A stretch of DNA of 63,347 bases, filler included, from Octopus bimaculoides (Eukaryota), in NCBI RefSeq assembly GCF_001194135.2. It is 6 parts of 5 records of this genome, joined end to end, with 100 filler letters (N's around TTAATTAATTAA, not from the genome) between each part and the next. Parts side by side here need not be neighbours in the genome. Positions count along the whole stretch, not along the records: positions 44,595 to 49,710 come from NC_068981.1; positions 49,811 to 54,161 come from NC_068989.1; positions 54,262 to 63,347 come from NC_068985.1; 3 more parts are not named here. One strand, 5' to 3'. Below the pieces are notes generated by a model that ran no database searches, was not told the origin of the DNA, and saw nothing but the letters and a program-made list of their open reading frames with translations. The translations under genes and the position numbers were made by a program. Shown piece after piece: positions 48,636-60,083 of the stretch (position 1 is its first letter; each line of letters starts with the position of its first letter).

Positions 48636-48892
48636 AAGTTTGTGAGGGAGAGACAGACCTCTCTATCCAGCTGGCAAGCTACTTCAGGCTGATGACGAGC
48701 AAAGACTCAGAAACATGTCCCTGAATGCTGGCTAGGCTGGGTGGGGGAGCTTGTCTCCCCTTCACAAACTTAAGGACACAGTAATTGTGTCAAGGCCGAC
48801 AGGAAGCGGTCCAGCTTCCTAGGGCTAAACAGCAGTAGTGTATTCCCTTATTGGGATTGTCACATTAAGTTGACAATATACTACAACTTTAT
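48636..48892 (+). ncRNA. Structured element with a type-I hammerhead ribozyme at the tip of a long hairpin
   Basis: TTCAGG-CTGATGA-C-GAG[CAAAGA]CTC-A-GAAA-CATG-TC-CCTGAA (48683-48725); stem I extends imperfectly to AAGTTTGTGA(48636)/TCACAAACTT(48771); three further hairpins downstream. Confidence 0.75.
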
Positions 48893-49055
48893 ATATATAT
48901 AATTTTTTTTATTCTTTTACTTGTTTCAGTCATTTGACTGCGGCTATATATATATATATATATATGGGAGAATATACAAAAAATAACAACAGACGAGGAC
49001 AGGTGGTGTAAATAACAAAAGTATATATTAGTATGACGCTCGGGAATACGGAAAG

Positions 49056-49092
49056 TCTTTGACGTTTCGAGCTACGCTCTTCAACAGAAAGA
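49056..49092 (-). ncRNA. Minimal hammerhead-like motif in a Penelope-type repeat
   Basis: Minus strand: TCTTT-CTGTTGA-A-GAGC[GTA]GCTC-GAAA-CG-TC-AAAGA; A6>U core change; palindromic ACGT stem III. Confidence 0.5.
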
Positions 49093-49497
49093 ATACGGAG
49101 ACAAGGAGAAAAACACGGAGAAAAAAAATTGAATAGTGTTCAGTCAACGGTCAATCATAATACGTTTGTGTGTGTGAGAGAGAGAGAGTACGTACATACA
49201 TGTATACACACATACGTACATACATGCATACATGCACGCACGCGCACATACACACACACACACACACACAACCACGACGTTTCGATTCCATTGATTTACA
49301 ATCACCGTCAGGAAGGTGTCGTAAGAGTACAATATGCCAGTGGAAAGCAAAGATTCTCATACATTAATACAAGGAAGAGATAAGCCAGCTGATCGAGCAA
49401 GTGGAATATTTACGTTTTACATGTACTCAAATATGTCATAAGTAAATAGACACCACCAGCTTTTTTTTTTTTTTTTTTTCAATTATACAAATATAAA

Positions 49498-49701
49498 CTG
49501 AAATGTTCTTGACTTTAAGGGTATCGCGAAAGGCCTGGTTGGAGGCCAAACCTTACGAGTTCTTTTACAGGGCTTAGAAAAACTGAAAGGATGCTGTAAG
49601 TGTGTGAATCTGAGAAGGGAATATGTTGGATAAAATTATAATTAACTGAGACACCTGTATTTTCTTTTACCCAAAGCAAGGAGCGTTTCACCACTCCTCG
49701 T
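49498..49701 (-). mobile_element. Tc1/mariner-type MITE (family of 7904-8110), left TIR eroded
   Basis: Interior matches 26104-26328; ends CCACTCCTCGT. Confidence 0.75.
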
Positions 49702-49810
49702 GTGTGTGTANNNNNNNNNNNNNNNNNNNNNNNNNNNNNNNNNNNNNNNNNNNNTTAATTAATTAANNNNNNNNNNNNNNNNNNNNNNNNNNNNNNNNNN
49801 NNNNNNNNNN

Positions 49811-49847
<37 letters not shown>

Positions 49848-50157
49848 CACAATCCATCCTTTGTAGATCTTTTGGTGTCCGTACTTCTAAAACAACAGTC
49901 TTAACGAAAAACGGAACAGCGTTGGCGACTGGAAAATATTGGCTGCCATTGCTAATGCTACACATACAGTGCAACCCCGCGAGCGAGATTACTATCATTT
50001 TGTCGTCACAGACGCGTGTTATACTTTGGTCGTCGGACTGACAAAGATAACCAAACTGATTTAAAGTTCATGGTTCCATTGCAGAAAAAGATATCATTGG
50101 AACGAAGGTTGTGTTAGAAGTAAGCATTTTCTAATCTCTCTATTTGTATTGCAAAGA

Positions 50158-50365
50158 AGGCGACGAGCTAGTGGGATCATTAACGTATCGTACAAAATGC
50201 TAAGCGGCATTTCGTCCAGCCTTTTACATTATGACTTCAAATGCCGCCTTAGTCGACTTCAACTTTCATCCTTTCGCAGCCGATGATGTATCATGTAAAA
50301 CACCGGTGTCGATATGATTGAACCTTCTACTATCAAAATTGCTGGTCTTGCGCCGAAATTAGAAA
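50158..50365 (+). mobile_element. Degenerate SINE family A
   Basis: AAGGCGACGAGCTAG...GTCGACTTCAACTTTCATCCTTTCG...CTTGCGCCGAAATTAGAAA. Confidence 0.7.
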
Positions 50366-50757
50366 AGGGTTATGTGTAATGTAAAGGAGATGCGCTAAGT
50401 GGAAATGGTGACAGAAGACATTGCTGCTGTATCACAGCCGTAGAAGTCTCCATGACAACCAGACCTTTGGAAACATCCATGTAGATGACAGCTAAAGCTT
50501 ATATTTTTCTAAAGATGTAACTCCGTAACGTGGTCTTCTTGGCCTCAGTCACAAGGAAGCAGAGCAGTGCAGACAGGTTTTATCTACCACAGCAAAGGTA
50601 TCATATTTATACCTCTTTTAGACAGATGTTCTGACAAAACCATGGCTTTATCATTCCCAGCCTTCGTTTACCACCGCCGGCATTTCTATCTTCCCGTGAA
50701 CCATTGCTATGTAGCAATTAAAGTTGAGCTGTTATTTAAACAATTCTTATGTTGTAT

Positions 50758-50972
50758 AAGGCAGCGAGCTGGCAGAAACGTTAGAACGCCGGGCGAAATA
50801 CTTAACGGCGTTTCATCTGTCTTTACGTTCTCAGTTCAAATTCCGTCCAGGTCGACTTTGCCTTTCATCCTTTCGGGGTCGATTAAATAAGTACCAGTTG
50901 CATACTGGGGTAAGTGTATAATCGATGCGTCCCCTCCCCCAAAATTTCTGGCCTTGTGCCAAGAGTAGAAAG
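50758..50972 (+). mobile_element. SINE family A
   Basis: Near-consensus match to 153-362. Confidence 0.9.
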
Positions 50973-51306
50973 GAATTCTTATGCTTCTTCTGGTCGGCTT
51001 CTGCACAAATTTCTTAGTTCCCAGCCTAGTCTTTTGAGGTTGCTGGCCTCATCTGTAACGACTGACACGACTGTGTAACAGGTAGCGCTGAAGGCGACGT
51101 GCCAGAAATAATCACACACACGCAGACGAACATAAATGAACGTTATACAAAGATCTGTCACTTGTGTTTGAAATCCAGTCAGGCAGCAGCTGGTCTTAAA
51201 CGTTATCGGTGCGTTTATCAACAGAGGAATTGTACAATATGATTGGGTGTGGTATGTGTGCTGATGGGATGGCTATCATCTGTCCATATGAACTAATTAT
51301 CATATA

Positions 51307-51344
<38 letters not shown>

Positions 51345-51418
51345 TGTGTGCGTATGTGAATACATCTCCCTCTCTCACTTTTTCTCTATATATATATGTA
51401 TGTATAGTCTGTCATACC

Positions 51419-51458
51419 GGCCATGACGAAGGGAAATAGCCCTGAAACTCGAGTCGCC
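51419..51458 (+). ncRNA. Type-I hammerhead-like motif (one inserted A in core)
   Basis: GGC-C(A)TGACGA-AGGG[AAATAG]CCCT-GAAA-CTCGAG-TC-GCC; palindromic ACTCGAGT stem III, GUC cleavage triplet. Confidence 0.55.
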
Positions 51459-52562
51459 CTTATATATTTATATTTATATATTTATATATTTGATCCTTTA
51501 TATTGAACACTCAATATTTCATCTACATTCAATACTTTCTTTCATGGTGCCATCCATTTTTATTTTATTTTATTTTATATTGTATATTGTATATTATATT
51601 ATATATTGTATATTCCATATTCTATACCCCACATTGGTTCTGCAGGAATATAAATAAAACATAAAAAACAGACAGTGTTGGAACTCTTTTAAACAAANNN
51701 NNNNNNNNNNNNNNNNNNNNNNNNNNNNNNNNNNNNNNNNNNNNNNNNNNNNNNNNNNNNNNNNNNNNNNNNNNNNNNNNNNNNNNNNNNNNNNNNNNNN
51801 NNNNNNNNNNNNNNNNNNNNNNNNNNNNNNNNNNNNNNNNNNNNNNNNNNNNNNNNNNNNNNNNNNNNNNNNNNNNNNNNNNNNNNNNNNNNNNNNNNNN
51901 NNNNNNNNNNNNNNNNNNNNNNNNNNNNNNNNNNNNNNNNNNNNNNNNNNNNNNNNNNNNNNNNNNNNNNNNNNNNNNNNNNNNNNNNNNNNNNNNNNNN
52001 NNNNNNNNNNNNNNNNNNNNNNNNNNNNNNNNNNNNNNNNNNNNNNNNNNNNNNNNNNNNNNNNNNNNNNNNNNNNNNNNNNNNNNNNNNNNNNNNNNNN
52101 NNNNNNNNNNNNNNNNNNNNNNNNNNNNNNNNNNNNNNNNNNNNNNNNNNNNNNNNNNNNNNNNNNNNNNNNNNNNNNNNNNNNNNNNNNNNNNNNNNNN
52201 NNNNNNNNNNNNNNNNNNNNNNNNNNNNNNNNNNNNNNNNNNNNNNNNNNNNNNNNNNNNNNNNNNNNNNNNNNNNNNNNNNNNNNNNNNNNNNNNNNNN
52301 NNNNNNNNNNNNNNNNNNNNNNNNNNNNNNNNNNNNNNNNNNNNNNNNNNNNNNNNNNNNNNNNNNNNNNNNNNNNNNNNNNNNNNNNNNNNNNNNATAT
52401 TGCCACTTAAGTGTGACTGACCCCTAGGAAGTGGCAATATACTACACTTTATCGTGCAGTTACTGTTAATACTTCATTTAGAGAATTAACATTGCTTATA
52501 TATATATATATATATATGTATAAATGTATGTATATATGTATGTATATATGTATGTATGTATG

Positions 52563-52613
<51 letters not shown>

Positions 52614-53503
52614 ATATATATATATATTTATCAAGTTGTTTTATCACTCAGTGGATTATACAGCACATGCATTTGCTCAATTGCAATTTCAGCCATAGTC
52701 TAGGTTACAGAAATCCTGGTAATTCAACTGTACTTCAGTTTTCAGATGTTTTGAGAAAAAAGGTAAAGATATTGCTACATTTCGGGGCGGTCATATTGTC
52801 AATAGACGCACATGCACTGGTTATATTTTACTCCACTTCTATTACCACTCAACTGAATAATTAGCTGCTTAATCGATTAACCTGTCAAAGATCTGTTCTG
52901 ACAGTCTAAGGGAGTGTTTCTCACGATGGATTAGCTATTCATCCAAGATACAAAAAAAGATCTGAAGGAAAATACCAATTTAATTGAAGTTTAACTTCTC
53001 TCAGTTAAATAATTGTTTACGCAGATGTAGAGGTATTTAAGACACTTCAAACAGAGCGGCGTTCTTATAGATACATTCAGAGATAGTTTTAGACACAAAC
53101 ACATACCATGCAGATAAGACTGGTGGAGACATACACATATAATTGTTGATACGATGACAAATAAGAGTACATGCGCCTAAGCAAAACCCACACGCAAGCA
53201 AACACGCACATATAGACATAGACTTTCTACACGCACGCACGCATACACGCTCGCTGAGGCACGTGTACACACAGGCAGACATTCAAACAACACTCGAAGG
53301 CAGATTGCAATCGTTTGAGCAAAGAACAGACTTGTCTTGAAGCACAGCAAAACAAAGCGATGAAACGGAACTGGGTCAATCGTTCACCTGGCCTAAGAAG
53401 GTAATGCTGGTGGTGATACTACTCCTCCTCCTCCTCCTACTCTTCCCCCTCCTCCTCCTCCTCCTCCTCCTACTACTACTATAATAATGATGATGATAAT
53501 AAT

Positions 53504-53716
53504 CCTTTCTATTATAAGCACAAGGCCGGAAATTTTGGGGGAGGGGGCCCAGTCGATTAGATCGACCTCAGCACTCAACTGGTACTTAACTTATCGACCC
53601 CGAAAGGATGAAAGGCAAAGTCGACCCCGGCGGAATTTGAATTCAGAACGTAACGACTGGCGAAATATCGTTAAGCATTTCGCCCGGTGTGCTAACGATT
53701 CTGCCAGCTCGCCGCC

Positions 53717-53717
<1 letters not shown>
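53504..53717 (-). mobile_element. SINE family A with (ATT)n tail
   Basis: Near-consensus reverse complement, flanked by (TAA)n. Confidence 0.9.
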
Positions 53718-53719
<2 letters not shown>

Positions 53720-53790
<71 letters not shown>

Positions 53791-53997
53791 CCTTTTTATC
53801 ATAAGCACAAGACCTGAAATTTGCGGGGAAGGGTAAGTCGATTACATCGACCCCAGTGCATAACTGGTACTTATTTAATCGCCCTCGAAAGGATGAAAAG
53901 CAAAGTCGACCTCAGTAGAATTCAAAATAAATATTTTGTCAGTTGTACTAACGAGTCTGCCAATGTCCCGCTTTAATAATACTTAATAATAATAATG

Positions 53998-54053
<56 letters not shown>
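53720..54053. repeat. (TAA)n arrays enclosing a second, internally deleted minus-strand SINE A (53791-53972)
   Basis: Directly visible repeats; CCTTTTTATCATAAGCACAAGACC...GTCGACCTC...CTGCCAATGTCCCGC. Confidence 0.85.
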
Positions 54054-54057
<4 letters not shown>

Positions 54058-54578
54058 TGTATAAAATAGCTCCTACTCTGCGAAACTTTTTATCCGTAAG
54101 TATGAGATCATGGAGAACCACACTGATGTTGAACAATGACAATGAATCTCTAAATGCTGGANNNNNNNNNNNNNNNNNNNNNNNNNNNNNNNNNNNNNNN
54201 NNNNNTTAATTAATTAANNNNNNNNNNNNNNNNNNNNNNNNNNNNNNNNNNNNNNNNNNNNAAACGCATTCTGAACATATAGTAACAAATATATCTTTTT
54301 AAACAATGATGTACTGCATATTTCACCATAGCAATTCCAAACTTCACCATCTATACATAGAGACGCATTCTAACTTAGTAAGCTACACGAATGCTTGTTA
54401 GATGAAAGATATATACTTTCATGTAAATGTCCCTGAGGTTACAGAATAGTTAAAGGCAGAATGAGTTATTGATGCTTACATAGTGCGTACAACTTTAGTG
54501 TTGTGTAACATAACACCATTTACATAATATATATTTCATCATTCAGATTTTAAAGATATAATACGAATATTTATCTTT

Positions 54579-54579
<1 letters not shown>

Positions 54580-54620
<41 letters not shown>

Positions 54621-54633
54621 TTTTTTTTTTTTT
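54580..54633. repeat. Poly(T) tract (~54 nt)
   Basis: Directly visible, one G interruption. Confidence 0.95.
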
Positions 54634-56012
54634 GTATAATCCAAAATACTATTTTACATTCAGTATGTCATGATGAAGATAATTCCAGGAATGTTAACGT
54701 TTACTGTATGTACATGTTCTTGAATCACGCAACAATTCCATAGAGAACAGACTCTGCTAGTTATTAATCCCCGTGAGTGTTTGAGAAAATGGAAAACAAA
54801 ACCCTGAAAAATTCACATATACTTGTCCAATTTTAATTCCATCATAATTACATATTTGCTCTGAGCTTTGAGATTAAGAAAATATTTTAAAATCTTAAAA
54901 CAACACAAATGTCATGGCATTGAAGCAGTCACTTTATAACTGTAAACAAAGCATCATCTACAAAGGTGATTAATAGAGTTGTATGAGCATTTGCAATAAT
55001 TTCCAAAATAATATTCTAATTAAACTACATCTATCAATATTAGAACATGTAATGAACTGAATACTGGGATTCATAACAGCTCTTATACTGACTCGATAAT
55101 TATTTAAATAAAAAATACGTTCGCCTGTATCAATGACTTTCATATTACTTCAGTGGTAGATTATAAAGATACTTATTTGGAAAAATAATTTTTAGTTTGA
55201 ATAGAATTAGTGTAAGTGCTAGAAACGAACATTTTTCTCTCCCCTCCTGAAACGAGTATGCCAAAATTAAATTTGTTAACATTTAAGAAGAAAGTGACAG
55301 AAAAACGAATACAAAGTAAAAGGTTTGACAGAAATGTATACAGGAAATGGATCCACTAATTTTGCATTATATATAATCATCTAGATTAAGCATATGTCCA
55401 ATATTTACGATAAACGCAACCAGATATATCAATAGTAGGTAGAAAATATTGAACAGTAATATATTGTAACGAAGGAATTTTTAAAACACGTGAGACAGTG
55501 TAGCGTAAAAGTCATTGCTACTGCAAAGGCGACATCAATATATAAGTAACAGAAACTAAGTAAAATGACATCATCAGCTTGTAAGAGAAAACATTTATAA
55601 CAAGTTTGTAAATATTTAATGCAGCAGAAGGTTTAGTTAAATGTATTCTTGACATTACTGCCAAAGGTAACTGTATGAGAAAAATCATGTGAAGTGGAAA
55701 AAAATTTACTAAAACCGAAACAAGACACGTTGATGAAATGTTTTCAGTCCATATATGTTATGCTTACGTTTGAAGAACTGTACTCAGTACAGTATATTTT
55801 ATATCGTCGAAAGGTTTCTGTATATATGCTTAGCGATATAAAAGTGCAGATTATTAAGTGGAAACGGCAGTCGTACACATTTACTTTCTCTTATTCAAAT
55901 TTGACATTATGTAACATTGCATATGACCTCGGTTGTCTTCCATACACAAAATAATCCGACCAGGTAATAATTTACATTACACAAACCTACCTTTTCTTTA
56001 TATCTCACACTA

Positions 56013-56199
56013 AGGCTGCAAGCTGGCAGAATCGTTAGCACGCCGGACAATATTCATCATTTCATTCATCCTTACGCTCTGAGTTTGCCTTTCGCTCTTT
56101 CGCGGTCGATAAAATCACTACCAGTCAAGTATTGGGGGTACGACGATATAGTCGAGAGTGCACCACCCCGAATTTCAGGACTTGTGCCTATAGCAGAAA
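56013..56199 (+). mobile_element. SINE family A, internally deleted
   Basis: AAGCTGGCAGAATCGTTAGCACGCCGG...TTTGCCTTTCG...CTTGTGCCTATAGCAGAAA. Confidence 0.8.
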
Positions 56200-56993
56200 C
56201 GGCATATATCTTACACTGTGCTGCATTTGATTTTCAGTTGGTTTGATTATCTGTTAGTTCCGAAAGTTTGCATATTTAACACTTGATAAAACATTCCTGT
56301 CAACATCTCTTTCTCTTTCCAGTCAGTCTTACAGGCTATAATAATGCCAACTGATTTACCATAAAAAATTACTGTTATTTTTTTTTTGTTTTGTTTTTTT
56401 TTTACTTAGAAGCATTTAAACTACTCTACGTAAGATGTGTACAGTGTCCAACAGTATAATTTCCCATATACTGTAAAATTATTCTTACCTTCTGTTGTCT
56501 TTGTTTTCTATTTTGACGCATGTCATTAGCTATACCTAAACAATGCGTATAATATAGTTAGAATTTCAGTATTGTCTTAGTTCATAACCCCATATTCATG
56601 TAATTTTTATTTCCAGATCCGCGTAAGTCGATAGATTTTCCATTTCAATGAATGATACGGTGCATTTTCAGTCTTTGCGATTGATATTTTTATTAGAGAT
56701 GATGTTTTCTTGGAGGTCCTAGACGACTATATTTATTTGGTTAAATTTACTTTTATGCTTTTGAACATGCCTGCGTATAATTACTCTGTCCTATTCTGCG
56801 GTTTTCTGTATTATGGCAGTAACATCTTTTCTGTTGACATTCCATAAAACTGTCGCAACTTCACATATAAATCCAAACTTTGTAAATTACCTGCATCCTT
56901 TCTTACTGTGCCAAGACCTTGGAACCAGAGAGTATATTATTTATCTCTGCTCAGTCTCCATATAATGTGTCATTACCTATTGCATTGTGCTTC

Positions 56994-57112
<119 letters not shown>

Positions 57113-57158
57113 TATCTGATAGTTTCCGGTGAAAAAGTTTTGTTGTTTGTGAAGCTTT

Positions 57159-57360
57159 AAGGCAACGAGCAGTCACAAATCTTAGCAAGCCAGACGAAAT
57201 GCTTTGCTACATCTCAAGCATCTTTACATTCTGAGTTCAAATTCCGCGGAGGTCGGTTTTTTGATTCGTCCATTTGGGGTGGATGAAATACCAGTGCAGT
57301 ACTTTGCTCGATGGAATCGTGTAAGCCACAAAATTCCACATTTTGTGTCTGTAGCAGAAA
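57159..57360 (+). mobile_element. Degenerate SINE family A
   Basis: GAGTTCAAATTCCGCGGAGGTCGG...GGGGTGGATGAAATACCAG...TGTAGCAGAAA. Confidence 0.75.
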
Positions 57361-58599
57361 GTATAATATATCGCTTTTAAGCACCTTAGAATCTTTGTTA
57401 TGAGCCTCGCGTTTCTCAGTTCGTGTTGGATTCTCTTTGTCTAAATACATTGATTATCTTACGCCTGTATTTACCTCGTGGAGGCTTTTCTTGCATTCGT
57501 TTCTTAATGCCATTCATTTCTTCCAAATTTAACTCAGATGTTAGCTGATATAATGTTTATACTGTTTCATCTTTCTTTTACGTAGCTGTCGGTTCTTATG
57601 GCAGTTGCTTTGCATTTTTTTGATTTCCCTGATGAGAGAAATCAGTTTCAAGTCCTGTTCATGTTTTGTAGCATTTTATGTTCGATTCTCTTAATCCTGA
57701 ATTAGATATCATTGTAGTCCTATTGTGAATGTTTTATAGCAGTTTTCTATTTGCAAACTCAGAAAGAAAGAATTTTACAATGCTGTAGAAAACTACGTAT
57801 AACAGCATCTATGCGAGTGGAAGCCTGGTTAACTATGCAAATAGAAAATAAAGAGACAAGAATTAAAGTTTATATTACTGTTGTCGTTGCTCTGCTTGTT
57901 ATGATTGATATTGCAAATTTGCTGCTAACGGTACTGTTGCTGCTTGTGTTGATGATTTTGGCACACACTTCTTCTTATAGAAGCAGTCTAGGAACATATT
58001 GTTTGAAAACGAAAAGAAGTGAAATATAATGACCTCTAATAAAGTTAGTCGAGGTATGGGTCATTGACTCTATTATCCTCTTGATTAATCCGGACATATT
58101 TCCTCATAGGTAATTCTTTACTGAAACCCGTAAATTCTTTTATATCTTTATAATACAAAACTTCTGTTGAAACCAATTCTAACCCTCACTCTATTACAAC
58201 TCATTTACTCTCAGCGTATATGTATTTATGTTTCTAGCTACGTTTACGTTAACAAAGAATACCTTTTAATTCTTGCTTAATATTTATGCTATTTTAATCC
58301 TTCTATCGCGAATACACTCGCATTCCATTTATATTAAATATTCATTCTTATACCCATCTTTAAGTCAAAACATGTTTGCATTCTAATACTTGTTCTGAAT
58401 TTCTTCACTTAGTCTTCGTTGTCCTCTCATTTTCGATTATCATTACCTTTTTCTTATAGTGTACTGCATATATGCTCTGCACTTACCACAGGGTTTTTAG
58501 ATTAAGTACCTTATCACACACATCCTTTAAAATTCCTTTCAATTATTAACCTTTACAAATCAATTTTATTCTGTTTTCCTCTTTAATTTAACACTATTA

Positions 58600-60041
58600 A
58601 TTCATTTGTAATTTTCATCTTCTTCTTTTATCTTAAAATAAAAATAAATGAAACGTACAAAAGAGAAAAATATAGATTTTAGATATTGCTATTCATTGTT
58701 TCGCGCTGTATACAATTATCTTAATTGAAATATATTCATCCTATTTTTTATATTCACTAGTATGTATCGTATGTTTTATTTTTTTATAAATTTACATTGT
58801 TATAACTATTAGCAAACTAAAGTTTTATACGCAAAAGTATTGTTGTATATCTTTAATAATTTGCTTTCATTCTTATACGCCATGCCATTAGAATGATATA
58901 AGTTATATATTAATGTCATAACTTCCTTTAGCAATTTTCTCTGTTAATTATAAATATTATCTGCAGTGCTAGAAATTATTTAAAATATTGTTAACAGCAT
59001 TTCCATTACACGGTTCTTCCATCTTTTACATAATTCAACATGAAATTTGTACAAAAAGAGACAAGGACATATTTTTCACATTTGTCTGCATCAATGAGAG
59101 GCAAAATTGAAGTCTGCTCTTATTTCCTCATTGAGTTCTGTCTCAGTGTGGTAATGACTTGATCAGGAGAGATCATTTGTTCTCATCTCTATCCCTCTCT
59201 TTATCGTTCTTTTTCTCGATTTCATTCTCTATTTACTCAACCTTAAGTCTAGACAATATCCGTATACACTTTCAATATTCATACTCTCTTTCACACACAT
59301 ATATGCACACTCACACATACACACACAGCTGTATATGTATGAATATATATATATATATATATATATANNNNNNNNNNNNNNNNNNNNNNNNNNNNNNNNN
59401 NNNNNNNNNNNNNNNNNNNNNNNNNNNNNNNNNNNNNNNNNNNNNNNNNNNNNNNNNNNNNNNNNNNNNNNNNNNNNNNNNNNNNNNNNNNNNNNNNNNN
59501 NNNNNNNNNNNNNNNNNNNNNNNNNNNNNNNNNNNNNNNNNNNNNNNNNNNNNNNNNNNNNNNNNNNNNNNNNNNNNNNNNNNNNNNNNNNNNNNNNNNN
59601 NNNNNNNNNNNNNNNNNNNNNNNNNNNNNNNNNNNNNNNNNNNNNNNNNNNNNNNNNNNNNNNNNNNNNNNNNNNNNNNNNNNNNNNNNNNNNNNNNNNN
59701 NNNNNNNNNNNNNNNNNNNNNNNNNNNNNNNNNNNNNNNNNNNNNNNNNNNNNNNNNNNNNNNNNNNNNNNNNNNNNNNNNNNNNNNNNNNNNNNNNNNN
59801 NNNNNNNNNNNNNNNNNNNNNNNNNNNNNNNNNNNNNNNNNNNNNNNNNNNNNNNNNNNNNNNNNNNNNNNNNNNNNNNNNNNNNNNNNNNNNNNNNNNN
59901 NNNNNNNNNNNNNNNNNNNNNNNNNNNNNNNNNNNNNNNNNNNNNNNNNNNNNNNNNNNNNNNNNNNNNNNNNNNNNNNNNNNNNNNNNNNNNNNNNNNN
60001 NNNNNNNNNNNNNNNNNNNNNNNNNNNNNNNNNNNNNNNNN

Positions 60042-60083
<42 letters not shown>

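Larger units (their letters stand above)
49880..54160 (-). pseudogene. Decayed TLR-like locus F (LRRs - LRR-CT - TM - TIR)
   Basis: LRR-like VLHDLILTD, LCSNDCNLPSSV, LKCLKYLYICVNNYLT, IIQLSGNR; SCCLTGF...LKRLGWELRNLC; *KCRRW; YKYDTFAVV (50611-50594, TIR box1); SLEKYKL*L; KGLVVMETSTAVIQQ; SFQ*YLFLQWNHEL*IS; DKMIVISL; interrupted by SINEs, a hammerhead element and a gap. Confidence 0.55.

Noticed and set aside
50000-50050. Degenerate hammerhead (CCGACGA…ACGCGTC, minus strand)
   Set aside because: No GAAA and no stem II; it lies within the TIR-like sequence of locus F.
51040-51100. hAT transposase motif (SVVTDEASNLKR)
   Set aside because: Only a short resemblance; the context fits the LRR-CT region of locus F better.
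56617-56622. 6-nt microexon (TTCCAG|ATCCGC|GTAAGT)
   Set aside because: Good splice consensus, but it lies in the LRR-like sequence of locus D, has no upstream UGC enhancer and no host gene; likely chance.
57450-58600. Antisense RTE/CR1 LINE ORF2 relic
   Set aside because: Minus-strand matches were weak and inconsistent in order; the plus strand gives a more coherent LRR-CT/TM/TIR series. Not fully excluded.
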